This document shows, one piece after another, positions 11,907-24,934 of a DNA stretch of 64,000 nucleotides. Within the stretch, counting starts at the first letter, position 1, and each line of letters starts with the position of its first letter. The translations under genes and the position numbers were made by a program. Source of the DNA: Somniosus microcephalus (Eukaryota); NCBI GenBank assembly GCA_052327205.1, contig CM126211.1, forward strand, positions 226,424,001 to 226,488,000. Reading direction: 5' to 3'. The notes below the pieces were generated by a model that was given only the letters and a program-made list of their open reading frames with translations, was not told where the DNA came from and made no database searches.

Positions 11907-14657
11907 AAGAACATAAGACCATAAGAAGTAGGAGCAGGAGTAGCCCATATGGCCCCTCGGGCCTGCTCCGCCATTCAATAGGATCATGGCTGATCCGAAC
12001 CTAGACTCACGTCCACTTCCCTGCCCGCTCCCCGTAACCCCTAATTCCCTTATCAGCTAGGAAACTGTCTATCTCCATTTTAAATTTATTTAATGTCGCA
12101 GCTTCCACAGCTCTCTGAGGTAGCAAATTCCATAGATTTACTACCCTCTGAGTGAAGAAGTTTCTCCTCATCTCAGTTTTGAAAGGGCAGCCCCTTATTC
12201 TAAGATTATGCCCCCTAGTTCTAGTCTCACCCATCAATGGAAACATCCTCCTCGCATCCACCCGATCAAGCCCCCTCACAATCTTATATGTTTCGATAAG
12301 ATCGCCTCTCATTCTTCTGAATTCCAATGAGTAGAGGCCCAACTTACTCAACGTTTCCTCATAAGTCAACCCCCTCATCTCTGGAATCAAACGAGTGAAC
12401 CTTTTCTGAACTGCCTCGAGAGCAAGGATATCTTTTCTTAAACATGGAAACCAAAACTGCACGCAATATTCCAGGTGTGGCCTCACCAGTACCCTGTATA
12501 ACTGAAGCAAGACTTCCCTGCTTTTATACTCCATCCCCTTTGCAATAAAAGCCAAGATTCCATTGGCCTTCCTGATCACCTGCTGAACCTGCATACTAAC
12601 TTTGTGTGTTTCATGCACCAGGACCCCCAGATCCCTTTGTACTGTAGCACTTTGCAGTTTCTCTCCATTTAGATAATAACTTGCTCTTTGACTTTTTCTG
12701 CCAAAGTGCATAACCTCACACTTTCCAACATTATATTCCATCTGCCAAATTTCTGCCCACTCGCTTAGCCTGTCTATGTCCTTTTGCAGGTTTTTTATGT
12801 CCTCCTCACTCACTGCTTTCCCTCCCATCTTTGTATCGGCGGCAAACTTGGATACGTTGCACTTGGTCCCCTCCTCCAAATCGTTAATATAGATTGTAAA
12901 GAGTTGGGGTCCCAGCACTGACCCCTGCGGAACACCACTAGTCACTCATTGCCAACCCGAGAATGAACCATTTATCCCAACTCTCTGTTTTCTGTTAGAT
13001 AGCCAATCTTCCACCCATGCCAGTATATTACCCCCAATCCCGTGATTTTTTATCTTGTGCAGTAATCTTTTGTGTGGCACCTTGTCAAATGCCTTTTGGA
13101 AGTCCAAATACACCACATCCACTGGTTCCCCTTTATCCACCCTGTTTGTTACATCCTCAAAGAATTCGAGCAAATTTGTCAAACATGGCTTCCCCTTCAT
13201 AAAACCATGCTGACTCTGTCCGATTAAATTATGCTTATCCAAATGTCCTGTTACTGCTTCCTTAATAATGGGCTCCAACATTTTACCAACCACAGATGTT
13301 AGGCTAACTGGTCTATAGTTTCCAGCCTTTTGTCTACCTCCCTTTTTAAATAAGGGCGTTACATTAGCAGTTTTCCAATCTGCTGGGACCTTTCCTGAAT
13401 CCAGGGAGTTTTGGAAAATTACCACCAATGCATCCGCAATCCCTACCGCTACTTCTCTCAAGATCCTAGGATGTAAGCCATCAGGTCCAGGGGATTTATC
13501 CGCCTTAAGTCCCATTATCTTACCGAGTACCATCTCCTTAGTGATTTTAATCGTGTTTAGCTCCTCCCCCCCTATAGCCCCCTGTTTGTCCAGTGTTGGG
13601 ATATTTTTAGTGTCCTCTACTGTAAAGATTGATACAAAATATTTGTTCAGCGTTTCTGCCAACTCCATGTTCCCCACCACTAATTTCCCGGTCTCGTCCT
13701 CTAAGGGACCAACATTCACTTTAGCCACCCTTTTTCTTTTTATATAACTGTAGAAACTTTTGCTATCTGTTTTTATATTTTTTGCTAGTTTACTTTCATA
13801 ATCTATCTTCCCTTTCTTAATTAATCTTTTAGTTATTCTTTGCTGGCTTTTAAATGCTTCCCAATCTTCTATCCTCCCACTAGATTTGGTTACTTTATAT
13901 GCCCGTTTTCAGTCGGATACTATCCTTTATTACTTTAGTTAGCCACGGATGGCTGTCTTTTCTTTTACATCCCTTTTTCCTCAGTGGAATATATTTTTCT
14001 TGAAAGTTGTGAAATATCTCCTTGAATGTACACCACTGCTCATGTACCGTCTTACACCTTAATCTATTTTCCCAGTCCACTTTAGTCAACTCTGCTCTCA
14101 TTCCTTCATAGTCTCCTTTATTTAAGCTTAGTATGCTGGTTTGAGATCCAACTCTCTCACCCTCCAACTGAATTTGGAATTCAACCATGTTATGGTCACT
14201 CATTCCAAGGGGATCCTTTACTAGGACATTTTTTATTAATCCTGTCTCATTACACAGGACCAGATCTAAGATTGCCTGCCCCCTGGTTGGTTCAGTAACA
14301 TACTGCTCAAGGAACCCGTCCCTAATGCACTCTATGAACTCTTCCTCAAGGCTGCCCTGCCCAATTTGATTTGTCCAGTCAATATGAAAGTTAAAATCTC
14401 CCATGATTATAGCTGTTCCCTTATTATAAGCCCCAACTATTTCCTGATTTATACTCAGACCAGTAGAGTTGCAACTGTTAGGAGGCCTATAGACTACGCC
14501 CACTAGTGACTTTTTCCCCTTATTATTCCTTATCTCCACCCAAACTGTTTCACTATCCTGATCCTTTGACCTAATATCATTTCTCACTATTGCAGTGATT
14601 CCATCCGTTATTAAGACAGCCACCCCACCTCCCTTACCTTCCTGTCTGTCCTTCCTA
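11907..14657 (-). mobile_element. Young CR1 LINE (second subfamily) with 8-bp TSD
   Basis: Long ORFs 13895-14701, 12946-13728, 12007-12945 (EN+RT); TSD ATGTTGAT at 11899-11906 and 14658-14665. Confidence 0.93.
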
Positions 14658-15324
14658 ATGTTGATTGAGGGATAAATATTGGCCGGGACACTGGGGATCA
14701 CTCCCCCTGCTCTTCTTCAAAATAGTGCCATGGGATCTTTTACGTGCACCTGAGAGAGCAGACAGGACCTCGGTTTAACGTGTCGTCCGAAAAAACGGCA
14801 CCTCCGACAGTGCAGCACTCCCTCAGCGCTGCACTGGAGTGTCAGCCTAGATTTGTGTGCTCAAGTTCCATGGAGTTGGAGTGGGACTCTGAACCCAGAA
14901 CATTTGGGACTCAGAGGTGAGAGTGCTACCTCACTGAGCCACACAAATCAGGCAATTTGGTTTCAGTAATCTGGAAGAGTCAGGTCCTATTCAGCCAAAT
15001 GAAGGCGAGCTGCCCTGCTGAAGATATAAAGCTTTGTGTATAATACCCGGGTCAGGCTGTAGCATTCCTTTAAAAAGAAAAGTGCCTTTCACTTCATAGA
15101 GCTCCGGTGTGTAATCCCAGGTGTGACGCAGAGCTCAAGCCCACAGCGCCTGCCTGTGAAAATGCTCCAGTCCTTCCCCAGACCCTCCTCTCTCTCTTTC
15201 GCGCGAACACAGTGCTCAATGCGTAATGTGGGCCCTGTGCCAAGGAGAGTCACGGCCTAGTTCAGGAGTGAGTGGACGCACAGCTTAGTCCTGTTCAGTT
15301 TGTTCATCAATACTTATTTGTGTT

Positions 15325-15355
15325 TCTGTGCGTGTGTGTGTGTGTGTGTGTGTGT
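15325..15355 (+). repeat. (GT)n microsatellite; paralog at ~17667-17693
   Basis: Directly visible dinucleotide run. Confidence 0.9.
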
Positions 15356-15664
15356 TTGGCCAGGAGGTGGAGAGGAAGATCACTGTTTGGGGGAGGATGT
15401 GCAAAGCAGGAAAAAAAAGATACAACAAAAGTTCTCCAGAGGTACCTGCAGGGAGTTGTAGCTGAATGCAGTTAATATCGTGACTTGGCAGATACTAAGG
15501 GCTTTCGGCATGGAGTGAAACAGGGCTTAAAGACTTGCATTTATATAGGGCCCCTCACAACCTCAGGACGTCCCAAAGGACTTTACATCCAATGATGTAC
15601 TTTTGAAGTGTAGCCACTGTTGTAATGTAGGAAATGCAGCAATTTGCACACAGCAAGCTCCCAC

Positions 15665-16452
15665 AACATAGAAACATAGAAGATAGGAGCAGGAGTAGGC
15701 CATTCGGCCCCTCGAGCCTGCTCCGCCATTTAATGCGATCATGGCTGATCATCCAAGTTCAGTACCCTGTCCCTGCCTTCTCCCCATATCCCTTGATCCC
15801 TTTAGCCTTAAGATATATATCTAACTCCTTCTTGAATATATTTAATGAATTGGCCTCCACTGCCTTCTGTGGTAGAGAATTCCACAGGTTCACCACTCTC
15901 TGAGTGAAGAAATTCCTCCTCATCTCAGTGCTAAATGGCTTACCCCTTATCCTTAGACTGTGACCCCTGGTTCTGGACTCACCGGCCATCGGGAACATCC
16001 TTCCTGCATCTAGTCTGTCTAGTCCTGTTAGAATTTTATAAGTTTCAATGCGACCCCCTCTCATTCTTCTAAACTCCAGCGAATATAAGCCTAATCGACC
16101 CAATCTCTCTTCATACGTCATTCCTGCCATCCCAGGTATCAGTCTGGTGAATCTTTGCTGCACTCCCTCCATGGTAAGAACATCCTTCCTCAGATAAGGC
16201 GACCAAAACTACACACAATACTCAAGATGTGGTCTCACCAAGGCCCTGTACAACTGCAGCAAAACATCCTTGTTCCTGTACTCAAATCCTCTCGCTATGA
16301 AGGCCAACATACCATTTGCCTTCTTAACCGCCTGCTGCACCTGCATGCTTACCTTCAGCGACTGGTGCACAAGGTCACCCAGGTCTCGGTGCACTTCCCC
16401 TTTTCCCAATCTATTGCCGTTCAGATAATAATCTGTCTTCCTGTTTTTGCCA
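15665..16452 (-). mobile_element. CR1 3' fragment
   Basis: ORFs 15759-16172 and 16209-16493 plus CR1 tail. Confidence 0.9.
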
Positions 16453-17662
16453 TCCTCATCTCGCTCGTTTGGACATATAAGATCCCGTGGCACTATTTTG
16501 AAGAAGAGCAGGGGAGTTATCCCTGGTGTCCTGGGGCCAGTATTTATCCCTCAACCAACATAACAAAAACAGATAATCTGGTGATTATCACATTGCTGTT
16601 TGTGGGAGCTTGCTGTGCATAGATTAGCTGCTGCTTTTCCTACATTACAACAGTGGCCACAGTTCAAAAAAAGTACTTTATTGGTTGTAAAGCACCTTGG
16701 GACATACTGAGGTCATCAAAGCAAGTTCTTTTTTTCTTTGGTGACTTGAGCATCTAATCTAGGCTGACACCCCCAGTGCAGTGCTGAGGGAGTGCTGCAC
16801 TGTCGGAGGTGCCGACTTTCGAATGAGACATTAAACCGAGATCCCCATCTGCCCTCTCAGATGGACATAAAAGATCCCACAGCTATTATTTCGCAAAAGA
16901 GCAAGGTGATTTCAACCCCCCATGCCCACCCTACCCTTTACGACCACTGGATGTCCCAAAGCGCTTTACAGCCAATGACCGGATAATCTGTTTTTAATGA
17001 TGTTGATTGAGGGATAAATATTGGCCAGGACACTGGGGATCACTCCCCCTGCTCTTCTTCAAAATAGTGCCATGGGATCTTTTACGTGCACCTGAGAGAG
17101 CAGACAGGACCTCGGTTTAACGTCTCATGCGAAAAAACGGCACCTCCGACAGTGCGGCACTCCCTCAGCGCTGCAATGGAGTGTCGGCCTAGATTTGTGT
17201 GCTCAAGTTCCATGGAGCTGGAGCGGGACTCTGAACCCAGAACATTTGGGACTCAGAGGTGAGAGTGCTACCTCACTGAGCCACACAAATCAGGCAATTT
17301 GGTTTCAGTAATCTGGAAGAGTCAGGTCCTATTCAGCCAAATGAAGGCGAGCTGCCCTGCTGAAGATACAAAGCTTTGTGTATAATACCCAGGTCAGGCT
17401 GTAGCATTCCTTTAAAAAGAAAATTGCCTTTCACTTCATAGAGCTCCAGTGTGTAATCCCAGGTGTGACGCAGAGCTCAAGCCCACAGCGCCTGCCTGTG
17501 AAAATGCTCCAGTCCTTCCCCAGACCCGCCTCTCTCTCTTTCGCGCGAACACAGTGCTCAATGCGTAATGTGGGCCCTGTGCCAAGGAGTCACGGCCTAG
17601 TTCAGGAGTGAGTGGACGCACAGCTTAGTCCTGTTCAGTTTGTTCATCAATACTTATTTATG

Positions 17663-17693
<31 letters not shown>

Positions 17694-18004
17694 TTGGCCG
17701 GGAGGTGGAGAGGAAGATCACTGTTTGGGGGAGGATGTGCAAAGCAGGAAAAAAAAGATACAACAAAAGTTCTCCAGAGGTACCTGCAGGGAGTTGTAGC
17801 TGAATGCAGTTAATATCGTGACTTGGCAGATACTAAGGGCTTTCGGCATGGAGTGAAACAGGGCTTAAAGACTTGCATTTATATAGGGCCCCTCACAATC
17901 TCAGGACGTCCCAAAGGACTTTACATCCAATGATGTACTTTTGAAGTGTAGCCACTGTTGTAATGTAGGAAATGCAGTAATTTGCACACAGCAAGCTCCC
18001 ACAA

Positions 18005-18622
18005 CATAGAAACATAGAAGATAGGAGCAGGAGTAGGCCATTCAGCCCCTCGAGCCTGCTCCGCCATTTAAAGCAATCATGGCTGATCATCCAAATTCAG
18101 TACCCTGTCCCTGCTTTCTCCCCATATCCCTTGATCCCTTTAGCCTTAAGAAATATATCTAATTCCTTCTTGAATATATTTATTGAATTGGCCTCAACTG
18201 CCTTCTGTGGTAGAGAATTCCACAGGTTCACCACTCTCTGGGTGAAGAAATTCCTCCTCATCTCAGTCCTAAATGGCTTACCCCTTATTTTTAGACTGTG
18301 ACCCCTGGTTCTAGACTCCCCCGCCATCGGGAACATCCTTCCTGCACCTAGTCTGTCCAGTCCTGTTAGAATTTTATAAGTTTCAATGAGATCCCCTCAT
18401 TCTTCTAAACTCTAGCGAATATAAGCCTAATCGATCCAATCTCTCTTCATATGTCATTCCTGCCATCCCAGGTATCAGTCTGGTGAATCTTTGCTGCACT
18501 CCCTTCATGGCAAGAACATCCTTCCTCAGATAAGGTGACCAAAACCACACACAATACTCAAGGTGTAGTCTTACCAAGGCCCTGTACAACTGCAGCAAGA
18601 CAGCCTTGCTCTTGTACTCGAA
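18005..18622 (-). mobile_element. CR1 3' fragment (duplicate of the 15665 copy)
   Basis: ORFs 18097-18336 and part of 18383-18715. Confidence 0.9.
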
Positions 18623-18624
18623 AA

Positions 18625-18903
18625 GTTGGTTAAGGGATACATATTGGCCAGGACACCAAGGTGAACTCCCAAACTCCTCTTCTTCGAATAGTGCCGTGGC
18701 ATCTTTTACGTGCACCTCAGAGAGCAGACGGGGCCCTCGGTTTTAACATCACAGCTGAAACACGGCACCTCTGACAGTGCAGCATTCCCTCAGTACTGCA
18801 CTGGGGGTGTCAGCCTAGATTTTTGTGCTCAAGTCTCTGGGACTTGCACCCCCAACCTTCTGACTCAAAGGCGAGAGTGTGACCAACTGAGGACGGCTGA
18901 ACA
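18625..18903 (-). mobile_element. SacSINE1-like SINE, 5' part
   Basis: Head and Deu core on minus strand. Confidence 0.8.
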
Positions 18904-19142
18904 CATTATGTGAACAATGCATTATAGAGGTGATCGGGAAGTGGCATTGGGTAACCAGTGGACCAAATAAGAGCACAGGGAACTTTCAGTATCTAATGGC
19001 TACGTTACAGAATGATTCTCGTTTTAAACATGAATGGAGCTGGCGGTGCTCACGGTGAAGCGCCTTTTGAGTTTTTAAAGCTTCGACTGATGCTATCTCT
19101 GGATACATCGCTGCTTTTAAATGGGCTACCCTCATCGATATA

Positions 19143-19790
19143 GTCAGGGCATAGTCTCAGAATAAGGGGTCAGCCATTTAAGACTGAGATGAGGAGAAAT
19201 TTCTTCAAAGGGTTGTGAACCTTTGGAATTCTCTACCCCAGAGGGCTGTGAATGTTGAATCGTTGAGTATATAGAAGGCCGAGAGCAATTAAGGTTTTTG
19301 GACTCTAGGGGAATCAGGGGAAATGGAGATTGGTTTGGAAAGTGGAGTTGAGGTTGAAGATCAGCCGTGATCTTATTGAATGGTGGAGCAGGCTCGAGGG
19401 GCTGTATGGCCTACTCCTGCTCTTAATTATGTTCTTATAAAAACCCACCTTGCTTGTTTCCACTGATGGGTGAGACTAGAACTAGGGGGCATAATCTTAG
19501 AATAAGGGGCTGCCCTTTCAAAACTGAGATGAGGAGAAACTTCTTCACTCAGAGGGTAGTAAATCTATGGAATTTGCTACCTCAGAGAGCTGTGGAAGCT
19601 GCGACATTAAATAAATTTAAAACAGAGATAGACAGTTTCCTAGCTGATAAGGGAATAAGGGGTTACGGGGAGAGGGCAGGAAAGTGGACGTGAGTCTAAG
19701 TTCGGATCAGCCATGATCCTATTGAATGGTGGAGCAGGCCCGAGGGGCCGTATGGCCTACTCCTGCTCCTACTTCTTATGTTCTTATGTT
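19143..19790 (+). mobile_element. Two CR1 3'-end fragments (19143-19437; 19454-19790)
   Basis: EMRRNFF..RVVNLWN motif and CR1 tails; second is nearly identical to the 3' end of the 11907-14657 element. Confidence 0.88.
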
Positions 19791-20019
19791 GCAATATTAA
19801 GCAATACAGACCAGCAGGCCCCAAGGGCAGTGTGGAGTTAGCCAGTCTGAGCTGAGCAGCAATTTGCTGCTGTACAGTTTTGCCTCAAGTGACCACGCTC
19901 TAAGGAGGTGGAGTAAATAATCACAAGAACACAGAAGGCCATTCAGCCCCTCGTACCTCTGCCGGCCCTTTGAAAGAGCTGGCCAATTAGTCCCACTCCA
20001 CTACTCTTTCCCCAATGGT

Positions 20020-20275
20020 CCTGAGGAAAGGGGAAATACCCTCCAAAAAAAATCGGCCAGGGTTTCCGGTTCTGATCACGATCCAGTCGCGCTTACTGGA
20101 AATTCCGTGTGGATATGGAGCAAGAACAGGATGCGGCTTAGCTGTGATGCCCTCTACAGTGGAATAGCCTGCAAACGCATACATTACTGAAGGGCACGTT
20201 GCTGAGGAACTCAATGGGGGGTGGTTGGGATACACGAGATCGAATACCAGCAGAAACCAGTGCCTGCAGGAGGGG
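20020..20275 (+). mobile_element. Ancient SINE, AmnSINE2-like, degraded
   Basis: AAATCGGCCAGGGTTTCC..CTGATCACGATCCAGT...CTGGAAA...GCTGTGATGCCC...GAATAGCCTGC motif chain, shared with 25355-25730 and 29300-29620. Confidence 0.55.
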
Positions 20276-20284
20276 GGGGGGGGG

Positions 20285-21925
20285 GTGAACAAGTTCCTCC
20301 TCCGCCTGGCTGAACTTGTTCTCACATTGAACAACTTCTCCTTTAACTCCACTCATTTCCTCCAAATCAAAGGTGTTGCCATGGGTACCCGCATGGGTCC
20401 TAGCTATGCCTGCCTTTTCGTGGGCTATGTGGAACAATCTTTGTTCCAGTCCTACTCGGGTCCCCTCCCTCACCTCTTTTTCCGATACATTGATGACTGT
20501 ATCGGTGCCGTTTCCTGCTCTCGCCCCGAACTTGACAATTTCATTCACTTTGCCTCCAATTTCCACCCTTCCCTCACCTTCACATGGTCCATCTCTGACT
20601 CTTGCCTTCCCTTCCTCGACTTCTCCATCTCCATCTCTGGGGATAGGTTATCGACCAATATTTACTACAAGCCCACTGACTCCCACAGCTACCTGGACTA
20701 CACTTCCTCCCACCCCGCTTCCTGTAAGGACTCTATTCCATTCTCCCAGTTTCTCCGCCTCCGCCGTATCTGCTCCGACGATGCCACCTTCCACACCAGT
20801 GCTTCAGACATGTCTTCCTTTTTCCGCAACCGAGGATTCCCCTCTACCGTGGTTGACACTGCCCTCGACCATGTCAGTTCTATCTCCCGCACCTCTGCCC
20901 TCACCCCTGCCCCTCCCTCCCGGAACCACGATAGGGTTCCCCTTGTCCTCACCTTTCACCCCACCAGCCTCCACATTCAACGGATCATCCTCCGGCATTT
21001 CCGCTACCTCCAAAGTGATCCCACCACTAAACGTATCTGCCCCTCCCCTCCCCTTTCAGCATTCCGCAGGGACCGCTCTCTCCGAGACACCCTAGTCCAC
21101 TCCTCTATCACCCCAAACAGCCCTTCCCCTTCGCCTGGCACCTTCCCGTGCAAGCGGAGGAGATGTAATACCTGCCCCTATACCTCCCCCCTCCCCACTG
21201 TCCAGGGCCCCAAACACCCCTTCCAGGTGAAACAGCGATTTACTTGTACTTCTCGCAATCTAGTATACTGTATTCGCTGCTCACGATGCGGTCTCCTCTA
21301 CATTGGGGAGACCAAACGCAGATTGGGTGACCGCTTTGCGGAACACCTCCGTTCAGTCCGTAAGGGTGACCCCGAGCTTCCGGTCGCCTGTCATTTCAAT
21401 TCACCGCTCCATTCCCACTCGGACCTCACCGTCCTTGGCCTCTTGTACTGTTCCACGGAAGCTCAACGTAAACTCGAGGAACAGCACCTCATCTTCCGAT
21501 TAGGCACTCTGCAGCCTTCCGGTCTCAATATCGAGTTCAACAATTTCAGATCATAACCTCGGCCCCTATTTCATTTTCACTTATATTTTTCCACTCCTTT
21601 CCTTTCCCCCCCCCCTTTCCTTTTGTTTCTCTCTCACACCTGGCAGCTATCTTTTGCCCTGCCAGTACACTTTACACCTAATCACAGCCTATTACCATCT
21701 CGTCTAGCTTCTAATCTCTTTTACTTCTTTTGGTTCTTTTATTCTTTTGTCCGATCGCAGCCCTGCCTTCGATCTAGTTCCTTTTCTCTCCAGTTTTGAA
21801 GAAGGGTCAAACCCGAAACGTCAACTCAAATTTCTCTCCACGGATGTTGCCTGACTTGCTGAGTTTTTCCAGCATTTTCTGTTGTTATTTCGGATTTCCA
21901 ACATCTGCAGTATTTTGCTACCTTT
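20285..21925 (+). mobile_element. Penelope-like retroelement, 5'-truncated (RT + GIY-YIG endonuclease)
   Basis: ORF 20225-21556: QIKGVAMGTRMGPSYA, RYIDD, LPFLD, YYKPT, and VYCIRC..C.LLYIGETKRRL..RF.EH. Confidence 0.93.
21792..21826 (+). ncRNA. Minimal type I hammerhead ribozyme motif in Penelope 3' region
   Basis: AGTT-TTGAAGA-A-GGGT(CAA)ACCC-GAAA-CG-TC-AACT: helix I, helix II, GAAA, GUC cleavage triplet; first core base C>T. Confidence 0.7.
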
Positions 21926-23628
21926 ACTGTAGCACAAGTTGAAAGTTTCAGGGAGGGTGGGAGGCCCAGCAATTACTTAAAACGCTCTTCGTGGGAAGCT
22001 CATGTACCCAGAAAAATGTACCTGCAGTCTCACCACAGCGTTGAGCAATAAAACTGTAACACAAGCCAGTCCCTCATCGCACGGGTTGTGGGAGACCACA
22101 AGACCCTCCCCGTATAGGACTAACTCCCCCACCCCCCCCCCTTCCTATCAGTTGGTTAAAAGATGGTTACGGGCATGGAAGGAGTGTTGACGTCACGGCC
22201 TGTCAGACTGTTAATCAGCCTGCGAATCCGTCCACGGCTTCGCACAAATCCCCAAGGGAAGTGTGAAGAGGCAACAACCACCAATTATTAACACCTTTCA
22301 AATCACTTGGGGGAAGGAAAATGATCGGCAGAACCCGTCTATCATTCATATTTACATTACAGAACTGCAAGAGGAAGGCTGGTAATTACATTTTAACACC
22401 TAGCCCACTCGGAAGCGACCCTTCTCACCCACCCTACCCCAGTATAAAATCCCAGCGGTAATTATGTTTCATCCCACCCCCATCCAGACACAAGCAGGAC
22501 AGAGAGATGCGAAGAACAAAGTCTTTGACAGATGTGTGACTGGTTTCGTTTCATCAATATTTAATGGCAGAATTCAAATTACAACCAAAGAAAAAACGGT
22601 AAAAGTGGCCACGAGACAATATGGCGAAATTGGCGCCGAGAAACATGGCTCCCGGCGACTCTTGGGACAGTCCAGTGCCTGAAGCCATTATTGCAGTCCC
22701 GGCGTTGATTGATTGTCACACTGCCCATCTACATACCACAGGGGTGCAAAGACAGCATCAGTGTTGGTACACCATTACATACATCCACAAAATCATTTGT
22801 ACTTAAAAGTCAGAAAACCTTTTTATTTATGTTTTTTTAAAAATTAATTAGTACCGCCAGTGTTCTCAAAGGCAAGTATAGCTTCTCTTTCCTCCTTCCT
22901 TTCAATTTAATTCCTCTCCCCCCCCTGAAAAGCATGGATTCCTCGTGCCCAGGGATCGTCCGGCGGGCAACCAAGTGGCTACTGTGCACCTGTCACCCTG
23001 GACAGTGTGCCTTCACGGGAGGAAAGCCCTCCCTTCTTTAGGGCACGTTTCAAATGGAACGTGAACGTTTGAACTTCCTAGATCAGTAGAAAGCAGAGAC
23101 ACACGTGTGTTCAGCAGACAAAACAGCTCCTATAATTTACTAACAAGAGCCAACCTTCTCATTGTCAAGTGTGCAGGGTGTAATCAGCATCCCTTTATCC
23201 AATTGTTCAGCTAATAGGTTGCGGGACACAAGAGCCTCTCTTATAGAATTATTAAGTTGTGTTCTCATTAGGTTTATAAAACACTTTGGTACAAATACGC
23301 TAATAGGTTGGTGGGGGGGAATGAGAGTTGTCTTTAAGCTATTAGGAGGCTCTATTTTCCTCTGCTTTTCAGGCACTCAGTGTCAGCACAAAACAGCATC
23401 AGATACAACAGAGTTAGACACAGAGCGAAGTTGTTTCTACTCTCGACTCGGTACGCCTCCGTCCCAAGCTTACAACAGCAAACTCCCGTGACCCCAAGGG
23501 GCAGATCTCTGCTGCGGAATTGTGTGGGGGAAACACCTTCTCCTCATCAGCCCGAGCTGGATGTGAATCTGGGTCGTAGAGCTGTAATGCCGAGAGTCTA
23601 ATCCACTGGATTAACACTGTCCCCCGCT

Positions 23629-23724
23629 GTATGTATAGCTGACGCGTCCCTACGGGGAGTAAGCATTCCATTGTAATTGTACTTGTACTGGTTACATATG
23701 GCAAATAAAATTGAACTTATTTGA
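23629..23724 (+). mobile_element. Short LINE 3'-end fragment (Rex1/Babar-like tail)
   Basis: AAGCATTCCATTG...GCAAATAAAATTGAAC..TTGA, similar to the tail at 39795-39873. Confidence 0.45.
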
Positions 23725-23789
23725 AAACTGAAACCGAGGGATTTAGTCACATTGCAGAGTATTTAAGTGAGATATGCATTACGGCGAGC

Positions 23790-24030
23790 ACTCCCTCCTC
23801 GAGAACTCCCCTGCTCTTCTTCGAAAGAGTGCCAGGGGATCTTTTACATCCACCCGAGGGGGCAGACGGGGTTCTCGGTTTAAGGTCTCATCCGAAAGAC
23901 GGCACCTTGGACAGTGCGGCACTGCCTCAGTACCTCACTGGGGAGCGTCAGCTGAGGTTTTGTGCTCAAGTCTCTGGAGTGGAACTTAAACCCACAACCT
24001 TCTCAGTTGAGAGCGCTAACCACAGAGCCA
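23790..24030 (-). mobile_element. SacSINE1-like SINE fragment
   Basis: Deu core and head on minus strand. Confidence 0.8.
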
Positions 24031-24934
24031 TGGGAGGGAGAGAGGAATTGGCGTTGGGTTTGCATATTTACCGTTAATAGTTGCATAATCGGGGTAGATT
24101 ACAAAATTCGTTCACTCCTCATTATTACAAAGCACTTCCTAATCTGACTGTCCGCTTGCGTTCCTCACTAAACAGGGGAGGGAGATACAAATTCCAGCTG
24201 CTCGCCCCAGTACAGTCACTAGAACTTAGTGTATTGGTACCAAAACACAGGGGGACGGCGGGAGAGAGAAAGAGACCTAGGTGATATGTTAACTCACCAC
24301 CTCAAATTACTCCTACAGTGAAATAATAACAGGAGTGGCTCACCCTGGTGTTGCAGGATTCAACATACTCTCTACAGTAACACACCCAAATCAGAAGAAT
24401 TAAACACATAACTGTATTGCTGGGGGGGGGGGGGGGGGGGGTCAGCAATTCAAGCGGACACAGTAAGAACATTTTAGATTCACGTGCCAAACATGACGCA
24501 ATGCCAAAACTCTTGATGGCAAGCGGTCACGTTTTAATCACCTGGCGGGATTATGCTGGAACCGGGACAGCTCCCGGCGAGGGTGGGTGCAATGGGACGT
24601 CTCTGCTTCCACCAACTCACCGCTGCCCACCTTGTACTCGTGAGGCAAGGCCCTTGGGACTCAGCAAGGCCCGGCTCAGCATCGCCGTTTCCAACAGGCT
24701 AGCCTTGGATAAGAGTAACCCTGTACTACTGCCAAGAGCTACAGCTGTGCGTCGCTAATGGGAATGAGTGCGCCGTACAGACGATAAATTCTGGGAAGGT
24801 CTGTTATCAGCAGGTGGGGTGGTGGGGGGAGGAAAAGAGAGGTCGGCAGGAAAGAAGCTTATGTACTTCCCCTGTTGGCTCAACTGGTTAAAGCACAAAG
24901 TAGCTCTGCCACAACAGCGAGGAAGATTTTAGGT

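Larger units (their letters stand above)
11483..18620. repeat. Tandem segmental duplication (copy 1: 11483-11906 + 14666-~16280; copy 2: ~16594-18620)
   Basis: Same SINE mosaic, same unique ~590-bp block (14945-15530 vs 17285-17870) with (GT)n, and same SINE/CR1 junction in both copies. Confidence 0.9.
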
